Source: a virus (Duplodnaviria > Caudoviricetes). From it: a stretch of 39,079 nucleotides of DNA. The notes under the pieces are model-generated. The model was given only the letters and a program-made list of their open reading frames with translations, was not told where the DNA came from and did not search any database. Both the position numbers and the translations under genes were made by a program. Shown piece by piece: positions 16,158 to 26,373 of the stretch. The stretch spans positions 1 through 39,079 of IMG/VR virus record IMGVR_UViG_3300024254_000255; one strand, written 5' to 3'. The number at the start of each line of letters is the position of its first letter. Within the stretch, counting starts at the first letter, position 1.

Positions 16158-16934
16158 TTAGGAGAATTCCCACACTACTATAAGTCCAGCTGTTCCTGGG
16201 CCTCCAGCCCTATTTGTGGCCGCGCCTGTTAGAGCACCTGAACCACCAGCACCATAATTAGAAGCCCCATTTCCTGTGGCTGCTACTGTTAGTGGCGCTC
16301 CTCCTCCTCCATAAAATGAATTACCTCCAAATCCAGATTGGCCTGCATTTGCTGATAATACAATTCCTACGCCTCCCGATTGGCCACCAATATTTACATC
16401 TCCATTTGTACCTGTACCGCCTACTCCACCCAATGTAAATAATCCTGTTGTGGATCCAGCTGTACCAATTCCTCCAGCGCCTCCAGTTGCCTGGAGTGAA
16501 GCACCAAATGTTGTTGTTCCGCCTGGACTTCCATTATTTGTTCCTGCAGTTCCTCCAGCACCCAACGCTCCTACTGTGTAGGTATAAGTTCCTGACGCTG
16601 AAGCTATATAAAGTCTTGCATAGCCTCCGCTTCCTCCGCCGCCTGCCGCAGATACAGATGCAGCTGTTGCAGTTACACCTCCTCCACCGCCTCCTCCACC
16701 AAGTACTTCAACTAAAATTGAAGTTACATTTGCAGGTTTCGTATAAGTAGCAGCAGATCCTGAAGTAAATACCTGGAAACTTCTAACACCACCAGTTGCC
16801 GTTAAATTGGTAGCCACACCAGATGTAGGCGTTCCAAGTAAAGGTGTTACAAAAGTTGGCGACGTAGTTCCGGCATGACTTCCAGTTCCAGACTGCCCCG
16901 ACAAAGTCACATTATGTTGATTATTAGTTGCCAT
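16158..16934 (-). CDS. Glycine-rich fibre/receptor-binding protein
   Basis: VFTSG...YTKPANV, VEVLGGGGGGGG, GAGGSG, GLIVVWEF. Confidence 0.8.
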   Translation of the reverse strand: MATNNQHNVTLSGQSGTGSHAGTTSPTFVTPLLGTPTSGVATNLTATGGVRSFQVFTSGSAATYTKPANVTSILVEVLGGGGGGGGVTATAASVSAAGGGGSGGYARLYIASASGTYTYTVGALGAGGTAGTNNGSPGGTTTFGASLQATGGAGGIGTAGSTTGLFTLGGVGGTGTNGDVNIGGQSGGVGIVLSANAGQSGFGGNSFYGGGGAPLTVAATGNGASNYGAGGSGALTGAATNRAGGPGTAGLIVVWEFS

Positions 16935-16945
16935 GATTTAATCCT

Positions 16946-17623
16946 TTAAGCGACTGTCAATCCAGTTGATAATACATAATCAACCGACCATGTAGTATTG
17001 GCTACAAGACCCGTAACTTTAACCGTATCATACTGATTAGCAGAGGTTAAGCTTCCGGCTGAGCTTGTCACTGATGAGCCAATTCTTATAGTAGTGGCAG
17101 TTCCTGCAGCTAATACCCAACCTCCAGCACCAAGGCCTTTGATTTCAATCTCATCACCAATAGCGAATGTTGTAGGTAGGGTCACAGTAACAGCTCCAGC
17201 ATTATTGGTTATATAACCATTATTTACTGCAGCTGATTGTGTTGTACCAGTCACCGTTGACCAGCTCATGCCTGAAGTAGATGAGGAGATCGTGATACTA
17301 GCCGCCCCATTGGTAATGGTAATCCCTGATCCAGCAGTTAACGTAGCAGCTGTAGGCGTTGCACCAGTTGATCCAATAATAAGCTGTCCATTGGACATGG
17401 TTCCAGACCAAACAGGCGTACCTGTACTTCCGGTTACTAATGTTGAACTATTAGTTCCTGCTACTAGTCCAGTTCCCACAGGTAAGCCTGTGCATGAGGT
17501 GAGCACTCCGGCTGTTGGAGTGCCTAAAGCTGGAGTTGTAAAGCTTGGCGACACATTTCCTGCAAAATTTCCTGTGCCTGAGGCGCCTGACAAGCCTAAG
17601 TCAATCTGATTTCTAGTTGCCAT
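16946..17623 (-). CDS. Fibre protein, paralogue A
   Basis: SPSFTTPALGTP, NGQLIIGSTGATP, AAVNNGYI, VTLP, GLGAGGW. Confidence 0.8.
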   Translation of the reverse strand: MATRNQIDLGLSGASGTGNFAGNVSPSFTTPALGTPTAGVLTSCTGLPVGTGLVAGTNSSTLVTGSTGTPVWSGTMSNGQLIIGSTGATPTAATLTAGSGITITNGAASITISSSTSGMSWSTVTGTTQSAAVNNGYITNNAGAVTVTLPTTFAIGDEIEIKGLGAGGWVLAAGTATTIRIGSSVTSSAGSLTSANQYDTVKVTGLVANTTWSVDYVLSTGLTVA

Positions 17624-17636
17624 TTCTAAAGTCCTT

Positions 17637-18503
17637 TTATGAAATTGTTAATCCTGCGGAGTTTGTAGTCCTTACTCTCCATGTTAAATTTGCGACAATA
17701 CATGTTACATATACATTGTCACTGATTGCCACGCTCGAAAGACTTCCAGCACTTGAGGTTGTAGCTGAACCAATTTTTATCGTTTGACCTGCATTAGCGG
17801 TTAATATCCAGCCACCTGCTCCTAGTCCTTCTACTGCGATTTCACTTCCAATTGCTGCAGTTGCTGGTAATGTAACAGTTACAGCTCCTGCATTATTTAC
17901 AATATAGCCATTATCAACAGCCGCTGATTGTGATGTGCCTGAAACTGTAGACCAAGTCATGCCGGATGCAGTTGAATTTATTGTAATGCTTGCAGCACCA
18001 TTAACAATTGAAATCCCTGTTCCTGCTGTTAAAGTAGATGCAGTTGGAGTTGCTCCAGTAGAACCAATTATTAATTGGCCGTTGGTCATTGTATTTGACC
18101 AAGCAGGAACGCCAGAAGAATTCGTAACTAATACTGAACTATGAGTTCCTAAAGATAAACCTGTGCCTACTGGTAATCCTGTACAATTAGTCAATATGCC
18201 ACTAATTGGAGTACCTAAAACTTCATTAGAAAGTGTTACAGAATCAAGAGTTCCTCCTGTTATAGCCACAGAGGAAGCATTTTGAACAGCCATGGTTCCA
18301 AGACCAAGATTTGCTCTAGCACCAGTCGCCGTTGTCGCTCCTGTTCCGCCATTTGCAATGGGTACAACTACACCAGGAGGTAAAGCACCTGTATAGGTAA
18401 AGCGTGTATTTAAGCCACCTCTTAATCCTACAATGATGTCATTTACTAAAAGCGTGCCTCCATCAACAAAGGTACTAAATTTCTGATCGGGTAGTAATGC
18501 CAT
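17637..18503 (-). CDS. Fibre protein, paralogue B (start MALLPDQ)
   Basis: GGTGATTATGARANLGLGTMAVQ fibre motif; C-terminal two-thirds paralogous to 16946-17623. Confidence 0.8.
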   Translation of the reverse strand: MALLPDQKFSTFVDGGTLLVNDIIVGLRGGLNTRFTYTGALPPGVVVPIANGGTGATTATGARANLGLGTMAVQNASSVAITGGTLDSVTLSNEVLGTPISGILTNCTGLPVGTGLSLGTHSSVLVTNSSGVPAWSNTMTNGQLIIGSTGATPTASTLTAGTGISIVNGAASITINSTASGMTWSTVSGTSQSAAVDNGYIVNNAGAVTVTLPATAAIGSEIAVEGLGAGGWILTANAGQTIKIGSATTSSAGSLSSVAISDNVYVTCIVANLTWRVRTTNSAGLTIS

Positions 18504-18530
18504 AATCCACACTCCTTGTGAGATTAATTT

Positions 18531-18920
18531 TTAACAAGCAGGTAAAGCGTAAAAGACTACACTTATATCTGTGGCAGCTACTGGAGCCATAAAATGAAGC
18601 ACATCTGCGGCTTTAACTTCTCTCGCATAATATTCACTTCCGATAATTAATTCAGATGTAGTAGCAGCAAAACTAGTTCCCGCTGGCACTGCGGCTGTTG
18701 CATTTAATGCGCACCAGACTTCTGCATTAGCCTTCACTTGGATAATTGCTAAAAATCTATTAACTTCATTTAACGGTGCACCAATAGCTCCGCTACTAGG
18801 AACTGTAAGAGTAGTGTCAGTTGTAATGGCTAACGCCGCACTGAATTTTAGATCAGAAAATGGCAATCCAAATCCATTGTAACCTGCAATGTCCTTTTGT
18901 AACTTGTATTGTGTAGTCAT
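18531..18920 (-). CDS. Putative small virion protein
   Basis: Beta-rich ORF within the tail cluster. Confidence 0.7.
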   Translation of the reverse strand: MTTQYKLQKDIAGYNGFGLPFSDLKFSAALAITTDTTLTVPSSGAIGAPLNEVNRFLAIIQVKANAEVWCALNATAAVPAGTSFAATTSELIIGSEYYAREVKAADVLHFMAPVAATDISVVFYALPAC

Positions 18921-18935
18921 AATTATCCTTAATTA

Positions 18936-21119
18936 TTAAACTATTCCTAGTCGTGCCTCTATAGTATAATGCGCAGCTATATAAGCGGATGAGTAATCAC
19001 CAACCGTTGCAAATGTGTAAAATTTTGTGTTGTTAGCTGCATCATAACTTGAAAATTTAGATCCTAAAGTCAATTGAGTCCAGTTTGCAGATGACGTATC
19101 CACTGGAGTCTGAGAAACTCCTGCATAAATTAATACAACTCTTACATTATTTATTGTGCCTGCTACAGGGTTGTATAATGTTACCGTAGGATTGGTAACA
19201 CGTTTAGCTGTACTAAATCTAATAGTGAAAGGTGATTCACCCACTAATGTATTGCCGCCACTTACTACAGTCTGTGATGGAAATATAGGATAAGTAGTTG
19301 TAGATGCTGTACCTGGTGCAATACCTGAATCATAACTATTCTCATAATAATATTGGCATTCTCTTAATACTTCATCAGGAGTTTGTGGCGCGGGTCTAGT
19401 AGGTATATCTCCAGGAATTAAAGATACAGAATTTACAACGACCACTGTAGATATTGCGACATAAGCAAATGTCACAATGATACAGAATTTATTAGTATCT
19501 GAAATTTCAGTCGGATCTGTTACTTCCCAGCCATTAAATCCATAATCATTATTGGTAGAATCTATTTGGTCATTAGTTACTACAGTAGATAAAGTACCTT
19601 TCCCAACTATATTTAAGTTTCCTCTAGGAATCTCAGTCCAATTTAGTCCTTGACCGGCTGTATTGTTTTTAGTGAAATTGCCATTGATATCTAAATTTCC
19701 AATTAAATTTCCTAATGTCGGAAAAACTGCAGCAGATGAACCGCGATATAAGGAAATCTGAAATGTAATTGCTCCTCCAGCTGAACCTCTATAGGCATTT
19801 AAATTTACAGATAATTTTGAACCCAGAATTTTTGAAGCTTCTGCACCACTTAAATATTGACAGATTAAAAAAGCATCAGGAACCGCCCCTGCTGTTGTAA
19901 ATTGTAATCCACCTGTAATGCTATTTCTTGTATATGCAATATTTGTAGCCCCACGCGCTGCTATAGTCTGATCCCATATGTAGGCACCTGCTCCAGACAA
20001 ATTACCAGTTTGACCAAGTTGTGCAGGATTTAATGGAAAATCCCATCCTGTTAACAGACTAGAAATGGGTTTAAAATTTATTTGTGATTGATAATAATGA
20101 AATAGATGATCAATTTGTCGGTATTGAGATTCTTGGTCATATACAATATCACTTACAACTGCCAATCCTGTAGGTGCAATCATCACACTTGTAATGGCTA
20201 TGTTTACTCCTACAGGCAAAACTAAATCAATGTCTATATAAGAATTTGGAAAAAATTGAAGACTATCTGAAATAGGAATATTTCCAGTTCCAGGGAATGC
20301 ATCATAATTTCCATTGCCGTTTAATATGCCAGCAACTATTAATTTATCAATAACTGTGCCATCTGATTGACTATAAACCATTGTTATTGTAGTACTCGTG
20401 CCACCAAATGTTTTTGCAACAAATGATGCTGCCAAATTACCTGAGCCCCATAAATTTGGTGAACCAAATATTCTTTGACGTAATCTTAAAGCACTTAACC
20501 CTGCCGAATTTATTTCTAAAATAGTCCCTGGATTAGTAATTATATTAATATCACCAACAGGAGTTATTTGATTGACTGTTACAGTTCCTATCCCAGGTGA
20601 TGTCACAACCAAATCCCAATTGGGAGCTATATTTACAGTTTTTGTTTCAGTATTAAAATTATATGTATAGGTTGAAACTGTTGTATCAAATAGAACTTCA
20701 GCAAATTGAGGATTGGAGATTTCATTTTCAAATGCACTTGATACGCCATTTTGACCAGACATTGGAATAAAAGGAACTGGATCACGAACAAATTGAGGAA
20801 CTAAACCGGAACTTTGTACTATGACTCGATAATAATCAACAGTAACTAAATCAGAACCATAAGGTAGAAAATAGGGGATTACAGGATTTCCTAATGAATC
20901 TTCAAATGTGCCGATTGAACTCAATATCATTGGATTTGGTAATTGAATATAGGTAAAATTTGGATCTGCACCAGTTATTTGATAAACAGGCTTCAATGTT
21001 CCAGGCTGTAAAGAACGTTCAAATGTGACTATTCCGCCAGATAATGGGGCACCTGTATCTTTATCTAGAAATACCGTCTCTAAACTAAAAGCGGGGATAA
21101 AATGTTGGTCTGTAGCCAT
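18936..21119 (-). CDS. Major tail fibre/tailspike-like protein
   Basis: N-terminal FLDKDTGAPLSGG..NPMILSS-G anchor; ELxxCQxYY-like motif (EVLRECQYYYE) near C-terminus. Confidence 0.75.
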   Translation of the reverse strand: MATDQHFIPAFSLETVFLDKDTGAPLSGGIVTFERSLQPGTLKPVYQITGADPNFTYIQLPNPMILSSIGTFEDSLGNPVIPYFLPYGSDLVTVDYYRVIVQSSGLVPQFVRDPVPFIPMSGQNGVSSAFENEISNPQFAEVLFDTTVSTYTYNFNTETKTVNIAPNWDLVVTSPGIGTVTVNQITPVGDINIITNPGTILEINSAGLSALRLRQRIFGSPNLWGSGNLAASFVAKTFGGTSTTITMVYSQSDGTVIDKLIVAGILNGNGNYDAFPGTGNIPISDSLQFFPNSYIDIDLVLPVGVNIAITSVMIAPTGLAVVSDIVYDQESQYRQIDHLFHYYQSQINFKPISSLLTGWDFPLNPAQLGQTGNLSGAGAYIWDQTIAARGATNIAYTRNSITGGLQFTTAGAVPDAFLICQYLSGAEASKILGSKLSVNLNAYRGSAGGAITFQISLYRGSSAAVFPTLGNLIGNLDINGNFTKNNTAGQGLNWTEIPRGNLNIVGKGTLSTVVTNDQIDSTNNDYGFNGWEVTDPTEISDTNKFCIIVTFAYVAISTVVVVNSVSLIPGDIPTRPAPQTPDEVLRECQYYYENSYDSGIAPGTASTTTYPIFPSQTVVSGGNTLVGESPFTIRFSTAKRVTNPTVTLYNPVAGTINNVRVVLIYAGVSQTPVDTSSANWTQLTLGSKFSSYDAANNTKFYTFATVGDYSSAYIAAHYTIEARLGIV

Positions 21120-21160
21120 TGCAAAATCCTTTTGCAGTTTTATATTTCTAAATTAAATTA

Positions 21161-21259
21161 TTACTCATCGTCACAACAATCACATGATGAATGACAATCA
21201 CACTTATTCAACCATAATACTAGATATATACAAAATGATAATACAAATGCATTCCACAT
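21161..21259 (-). CDS. 32-aa membrane peptide with Cys-rich tail (MWNAFVLSFCIYLVLWLNKCDCHSSCDCCDDE)
   Basis: Read manually; GGAG RBS and upstream TATAAT. Confidence 0.6.
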   Translation of the reverse strand: MWNAFVLSFCIYLVLWLNKCDCHSSCDCCDDE

Positions 21260-21333
21260 GTTATTCTCCAAATGAAATTTTTATTATACCTTATTTTGAT
21301 TAAAATAAAATCATTTTATTAAACCAAAGTTTA

Positions 21334-22626
21334 TCATTTGTGTAACATCCTACCAATCTCTTCTACACCTAGAGCAGTTCCAGCAATTTTACCAGCACTT
21401 TTTAAAAGACCCATATTTCTTTTATGTTTTAATGCTTTACCAAGCATCTTCTCAATTTCAGGATGAGCTTCAAAGAATTTCTTCATTTCTGTAGATTCTT
21501 CAGTTAATAATGTGATTGGATTTTTAGGTACTTTCTGACTCTTACCAAATACCTTAGCTAAAGCTGGATTAGAAAAATATGTTCCTTGCAAATCAGCATA
21601 ACCTTCTTTAGTTTGATTTAAAAGTTTAGCTAAATCTTTATGACCAGATTCTTTAAAATGTTCTTCTATTGAATTATTAATCTGTCTACGTGTGGATAAT
21701 GCTTCTTTACCAATCTTTCTTTCTGTCGTTAATTTATTAGATAAAGCTGTCTCCCCAATTTCCCTTAAATCTGCCTGTAAATCTCTAAGAGCATTATAGT
21801 CGCCATTCTTGGCTCGTATGATTAAATTTTTTGATTCTGGAGTTTTATCTAGAAATTTTTGAGCCTGACTTATTATATTTTTATCAATTGGTATATTACT
21901 AATTCCCCGTTTTTCAACTTCTTCTGCTACTGTTTCAAAAGCATTCCCAAGTTCTTTCTTGGCTGAATTAACTTTAGCCTGAGTTTCTCTTATAGCCATT
22001 TTTAAATCAGGATTCTTAGCTGCATTATAAATAGATTTAATACCTTTAGTTCCAGGAATTGCTAATGCTGCTATATCTGGCAATGCTCTAATGAGCTTAT
22101 CACCTCTCTCTGGCTTAACTTCAAGTCCCAAAATTTTTTCTAATCCAGTGTCTTCAGGAATATGAGGAATCAAATCACTTGTATTTAAGTTAGTTCCAGG
22201 AATAGGAATATCAATAGCTAATTTTTTCTTAAGCAAATATTTCAATAAATCATGTGGAGAGTTCGCTATAGTCTTGCCTACTTCTGCAGTTCCTGCGCCT
22301 AATTGACCTATATTATGAAAAATTGAGCTGACAGGATTTTCTTCAATATATTTTCCACTTTTTTCTAGATTAGATGGAATGTCTTTAATGAAACCACGTC
22401 CGGTCTTTAATGCATTGGATAAATTGTTCGCAACATCAGATGCTAATCCTTTAAATCCTGTCCCCTCGGGTTTAATAGATTGAATATTATTATATGGAGT
22501 TGGTTCTATTGTAGATTGATTTTCAGGCGGAAATTGTTTCTGTAATACAGATTCTATTTCTTCATGAGACATTTCATCAGGAAATTCACCAATTTCTCCA
22601 TTTGGTAATTTTACTCTAATAGCCAT
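21334..22626 (-). CDS. Putative DNA ejection protein (P22 gp16 position)
   Basis: VKLPNG-I-EFPD N-terminus, helical; synteny. Confidence 0.65.
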   Translation of the reverse strand: MAIRVKLPNGEIGEFPDEMSHEEIESVLQKQFPPENQSTIEPTPYNNIQSIKPEGTGFKGLASDVANNLSNALKTGRGFIKDIPSNLEKSGKYIEENPVSSIFHNIGQLGAGTAEVGKTIANSPHDLLKYLLKKKLAIDIPIPGTNLNTSDLIPHIPEDTGLEKILGLEVKPERGDKLIRALPDIAALAIPGTKGIKSIYNAAKNPDLKMAIRETQAKVNSAKKELGNAFETVAEEVEKRGISNIPIDKNIISQAQKFLDKTPESKNLIIRAKNGDYNALRDLQADLREIGETALSNKLTTERKIGKEALSTRRQINNSIEEHFKESGHKDLAKLLNQTKEGYADLQGTYFSNPALAKVFGKSQKVPKNPITLLTEESTEMKKFFEAHPEIEKMLGKALKHKRNMGLLKSAGKIAGTALGVEEIGRMLHK

Positions 22627-23762
22627 TATTCAAGCCTCCCTGTAGAAGGATTAAATATTTTAACACCTATTTCAGATTTTTTTTGCGCATTTGATCTTAA
22701 TCTTCCATAATCTTCCATGGTTCTATTAAATTCATTAGCGGCTTCTTCTAAATATTTAGTCATATATTTTTGCATTGCTATATATGTAGGACTATCTACT
22801 AAGCTTTCTAAAATCTTTAAATTTCCTAAAGATTTATCTTGAAGTTCTCTAATGGCTTCAATTCCTATATTTCCTCCAGCTACTTTCAATCTCAATGCTG
22901 CTAATTCAGGCTGAAGTGCTCTTGCTGCTAATACTTTACCTTGTTCTTCTGGATTTTCACCAGATAATGCATCAGCCATTTGCTCTAATGAATACCCATA
23001 TAATTTATTTTGATATTTGCCCATACCACCAATAATCTTATCTTCTAGATTTTTAATTTCATTTACAAATCCTGAACGCTTTTGAAGCTGCTTCACATTT
23101 TCTTCGCCCAGAGGATACATTGGTGTTAATTCTTCTAATAGAAAACCTTTACTATCGGCTATATCTCTTAATGATTGCCCACTTCTAAGCAACTTAAGTC
23201 CTTCAATTGGATCTATGCCCATTGCTGTAGTTAACCCAATAGCGCGTTTTTTTTCATTAACAGGTTGTTTATCAAAAGAGCTGCCTGATGTAATATCTTC
23301 ACTTCTTCCTGTCACTGCTTCAGTATGTCTTAATTGTGACTGTAAAACTTGATCGGCAAATGCTTTTATTTCATCTTGAGTTGCTTCAGGATGAGTAGCT
23401 ACAAAATTGGCAACCATACCATTAACTTTTGCACCACCTTTCCCTCCTGTACGTTGTAATTGCTTAAGTTGTTCTTCTTTTAATGCATCTGCAAGGCTAT
23501 ATTCTTTTGGTTGATGCTTAAGAGCTAAATCTTTTAAAGAATTCGCTAATGTTTTTTCCTGGTCGCTTAATGAATATTCTGTAGGTTTATGTTCCACTTC
23601 AAGCTTTTTAAGCTTATTAGATAATTCACGCTGTTGAGTTTCTTGTGCCATCTTAGCGGGTTCTTGCTCAATCTTATAACCTTGTAAGACATTTTCAAAT
23701 AAATTTTTCCAAGGGGAAGCAATAATTGGTGCTCTTGAGAAATCTGTGAAATTAATAGCCAT
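22626..23762 (-). CDS. Putative DNA ejection protein (P22 gp20 position)
   Basis: Q/K/E-rich helical; synteny. Confidence 0.65.
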   Translation of the reverse strand: MAINFTDFSRAPIIASPWKNLFENVLQGYKIEQEPAKMAQETQQRELSNKLKKLEVEHKPTEYSLSDQEKTLANSLKDLALKHQPKEYSLADALKEEQLKQLQRTGGKGGAKVNGMVANFVATHPEATQDEIKAFADQVLQSQLRHTEAVTGRSEDITSGSSFDKQPVNEKKRAIGLTTAMGIDPIEGLKLLRSGQSLRDIADSKGFLLEELTPMYPLGEENVKQLQKRSGFVNEIKNLEDKIIGGMGKYQNKLYGYSLEQMADALSGENPEEQGKVLAARALQPELAALRLKVAGGNIGIEAIRELQDKSLGNLKILESLVDSPTYIAMQKYMTKYLEEAANEFNRTMEDYGRLRSNAQKKSEIGVKIFNPSTGRLE

Positions 23763-23778
23763 TTAATGTTTCCTATTT

Positions 23779-24423
23779 TCAACCGAAAATGCTTGAGCCA
23801 ATTTTACCACCAGCTACTGCACCTGGAAGGCCTCCAAATAATGCTCCTGCGCCTACGCCTAATGCTTTACCTAAAGTTCCAAATATATCGTTTCGATTAG
23901 AATTTTGATTTTGAGCATTTTGGAATGCTAATCCACCTTGTTGATTCAATGCACCACCTAACAGATCGGCTAATGAACCTGATGCTTGGAATCCTTGATT
24001 AGCTATTCCTTGTTCGCCGCCTAATCCTATATCATATCGTCCTAAGACATTCTGAAGAAATTGCTGCATGTCCTTGGACAATAATCCTTGAGTGCCTTTA
24101 GCTTGATTCATTTGGTCAAGAGGAGTTCCAGCAATACCTCCTGCAGCTGCTGTGTTACCCATTCCACGCGTCAATTCTTCATTAGCGAATTTATATCCTT
24201 CTGAAGGCTTATATCCTTCCATCAATTTATTAATAAAGCCTACTGGATCTGCCAGTAACATATCATATTGACTCTGAGCCTTTTGACCTGCTGCTTGACC
24301 TTGATTGATAAAAGGATCGTAATATTGATGACCTACACCAGGAATTTGACTAAGATATTTATTAGCCTCTTCCATAGGATTATTTTTTTTGCCACCGCCA
24401 AATAAACTATCTAATATGCCCAT
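23779..24423 (-). CDS. Putative DNA ejection/pilot protein (P22 gp7 position)
   Basis: G/Q/A-rich, YDPFINQG, PSEGYKF, AAAGG. Confidence 0.7.
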   Translation of the reverse strand: MGILDSLFGGGKKNNPMEEANKYLSQIPGVGHQYYDPFINQGQAAGQKAQSQYDMLLADPVGFINKLMEGYKPSEGYKFANEELTRGMGNTAAAGGIAGTPLDQMNQAKGTQGLLSKDMQQFLQNVLGRYDIGLGGEQGIANQGFQASGSLADLLGGALNQQGGLAFQNAQNQNSNRNDIFGTLGKALGVGAGALFGGLPGAVAGGKIGSSIFG

Positions 24424-24447
24424 TTCATATCCTTATGAAATAACCCT

Positions 24448-24774
24448 TTATGGGTAAGCTACTTTTGTTAATTTATATAAAGCACTTGTTCCCATTCCTG
24501 TGCCATCATCTAACTTTACTACTATTTCATTATATGTTGGATTAACTGCAGGACTTGCCACATACCAAATTGTTCCATTCGGTAAAGCATTTATTCCCGT
24601 TAATGCATTAATTTCTGTTAATTGAGCCTGCGTAACTGTAGGTAATGTCCAGCCATTATCACTTAATCCATTGCGTAAAACTGTATTCAATTGGTCATTA
24701 TACATCTGCATCTGTGCAGTAAGAAAGCCATCATTTTTTGTAAATTGTATATTAGCAAAAGTAGGAATGTTCAT
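24448..24774 (-). CDS. Small tail protein (P22 gp26 position; start MNIPTF)
   Basis: ATGA overlap with the gp10-like gene; GGAGG RBS. Confidence 0.6.
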   Translation of the reverse strand: MNIPTFANIQFTKNDGFLTAQMQMYNDQLNTVLRNGLSDNGWTLPTVTQAQLTEINALTGINALPNGTIWYVASPAVNPTYNEIVVKLDDGTGMGTSALYKLTKVAYP

Positions 24775-26372
24775 TGATAGACCTCCAAGAAGCCATCTTG
24801 AACAACAAATCCACCAAATCCCCAAAATCTCATTTGAATTGTAAATTGATTGGCTTCACCTAATTTATTAAATCGTGGCTGATTTTTATAATTTCCTGTG
24901 GAATGCATAAAGTATGAAATAGCATTGCCGTAAGTTTCACCACCATTTTTAGAGCATGTTACATCTATTCTTGGTTTATAGATTTGACATGAACCACCTT
25001 CTATTAATAAAGGTTCATCATCTTCAGAAAACATAGTTAATCCGCTAACTTCGCCTATTATGAAACCTTCACATTCAAATTGAAAATCTACATTCTGTTC
25101 AACACCATTTTCTATGGTGAAACTGAATTGATTTACAATAAAGCGGTCGCTAGCTGGTAATCTATAGGTATTACAAATTCTAATTCTTGGAATTTCATAT
25201 ATATTTTCAATGCTGGTTGAAATCGTAGGAATGTCTGTGCTCATCCTCATCAGACTTCCTTGCTTTAATGATATAAAAAATATCTCATTTGCAAAATAGG
25301 CTATCTGTCTCGCAGGATGATAGCTAAAATCCCAATCAGTTAAGTCAAAAAACTTTTTAGTTGTAAAATCATACATGATAGAAAAATTATCAAGTTCATG
25401 GAAAAAAGTTAGAATATAGAAAATATGTCCATCTTCTCTATAAAATAATGCTGTAGAACTATCAGGTCTATCCACATGACTTAATAATTCATCAATTCCA
25501 TCTGTAGATAATCTTTCGGCTTGTCCGCCTTGCATGACCATTATCGCTGGTGATGATTTTTCATTGATTCCAAGCCATACAATCATGTCATCCATTGTTG
25601 CTATAGTTGCAACACTGGCAACACCATAGTCTATGTTTATTGAGGCATTACGTTCATAGACTTGTAATCCACCAGTATTTGACCATAATTCGCCAACGAT
25701 GTTTCCTAAGACTAAAAGATAATTACCGTGACCTGGGATTCTTATTGCCGCTTTGGCAAAGTCTGGCTTTGTCTGTAAAGTAAGAACCTGGACAAAATGT
25801 AAATCAAATGCTGTAGTAGCTACGCCACTGTTATCATAGCCACTCTCATAAACATACCATTGTGAGCCTGAATGAGAGGTTAAGGCATTTCCAAAGATAA
25901 AATAGGTGTTTTGATATGTCACATAATTTGGAATGAAATTTTGTGGCGTTCCTGTATAATTAATTGGAGCTACAAAATCCACACCCACAGAATAATTATA
26001 TATATATGCTTTTGCATTTCCATCTATAATTACTATTTGAGAACTTAAATTCTCATCCATAAACACATCACCAGTACTAGTTCCAATACTTAGAAGAAAT
26101 CTAAAACCTAGATTTTGGTCAATTCTATAGATATTACTTCCTATTACAGCTAATAAAAAATTACCTCGTGTTGAATGAAACAGACCTCGTCCTTCATTAC
26201 CTATAGATAAAATATTTACAGCTGGACTATATCCTGAAAAGTTTAAAAGCCAATTATCACTGATGTACATATTCCATGTGCGCTCATCAGAAATAATAGG
26301 ATGACGACCGAAAATGCTAGATCCGACTATGCGAACAGGAACTTGTGTAGCATTTGGAGTCAATATTACCAT
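24771..26372 (-). CDS. Tail hub / packaged-DNA stabilisation protein (P22 gp10-like)
   Basis: GRGL, ELWSNTG, YGVAS, RLSTDGID, GHIFYILTF, SKNGGETYGN. Confidence 0.85.
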   Translation of the reverse strand: MVILTPNATQVPVRIVGSSIFGRHPIISDERTWNMYISDNWLLNFSGYSPAVNILSIGNEGRGLFHSTRGNFLLAVIGSNIYRIDQNLGFRFLLSIGTSTGDVFMDENLSSQIVIIDGNAKAYIYNYSVGVDFVAPINYTGTPQNFIPNYVTYQNTYFIFGNALTSHSGSQWYVYESGYDNSGVATTAFDLHFVQVLTLQTKPDFAKAAIRIPGHGNYLLVLGNIVGELWSNTGGLQVYERNASINIDYGVASVATIATMDDMIVWLGINEKSSPAIMVMQGGQAERLSTDGIDELLSHVDRPDSSTALFYREDGHIFYILTFFHELDNFSIMYDFTTKKFFDLTDWDFSYHPARQIAYFANEIFFISLKQGSLMRMSTDIPTISTSIENIYEIPRIRICNTYRLPASDRFIVNQFSFTIENGVEQNVDFQFECEGFIIGEVSGLTMFSEDDEPLLIEGGSCQIYKPRIDVTCSKNGGETYGNAISYFMHSTGNYKNQPRFNKLGEANQFTIQMRFWGFGGFVVQDGFLEVYQ

Positions 26373-26373
26373 A

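Noticed and set aside
16158-18503. Diversity-generating retroelement or invertase-switched fibre cassette
   Set aside because: No reverse transcriptase, no adenine-specific template/variable pair, all fibre genes co-oriented and the recombinase is ~12 kb away
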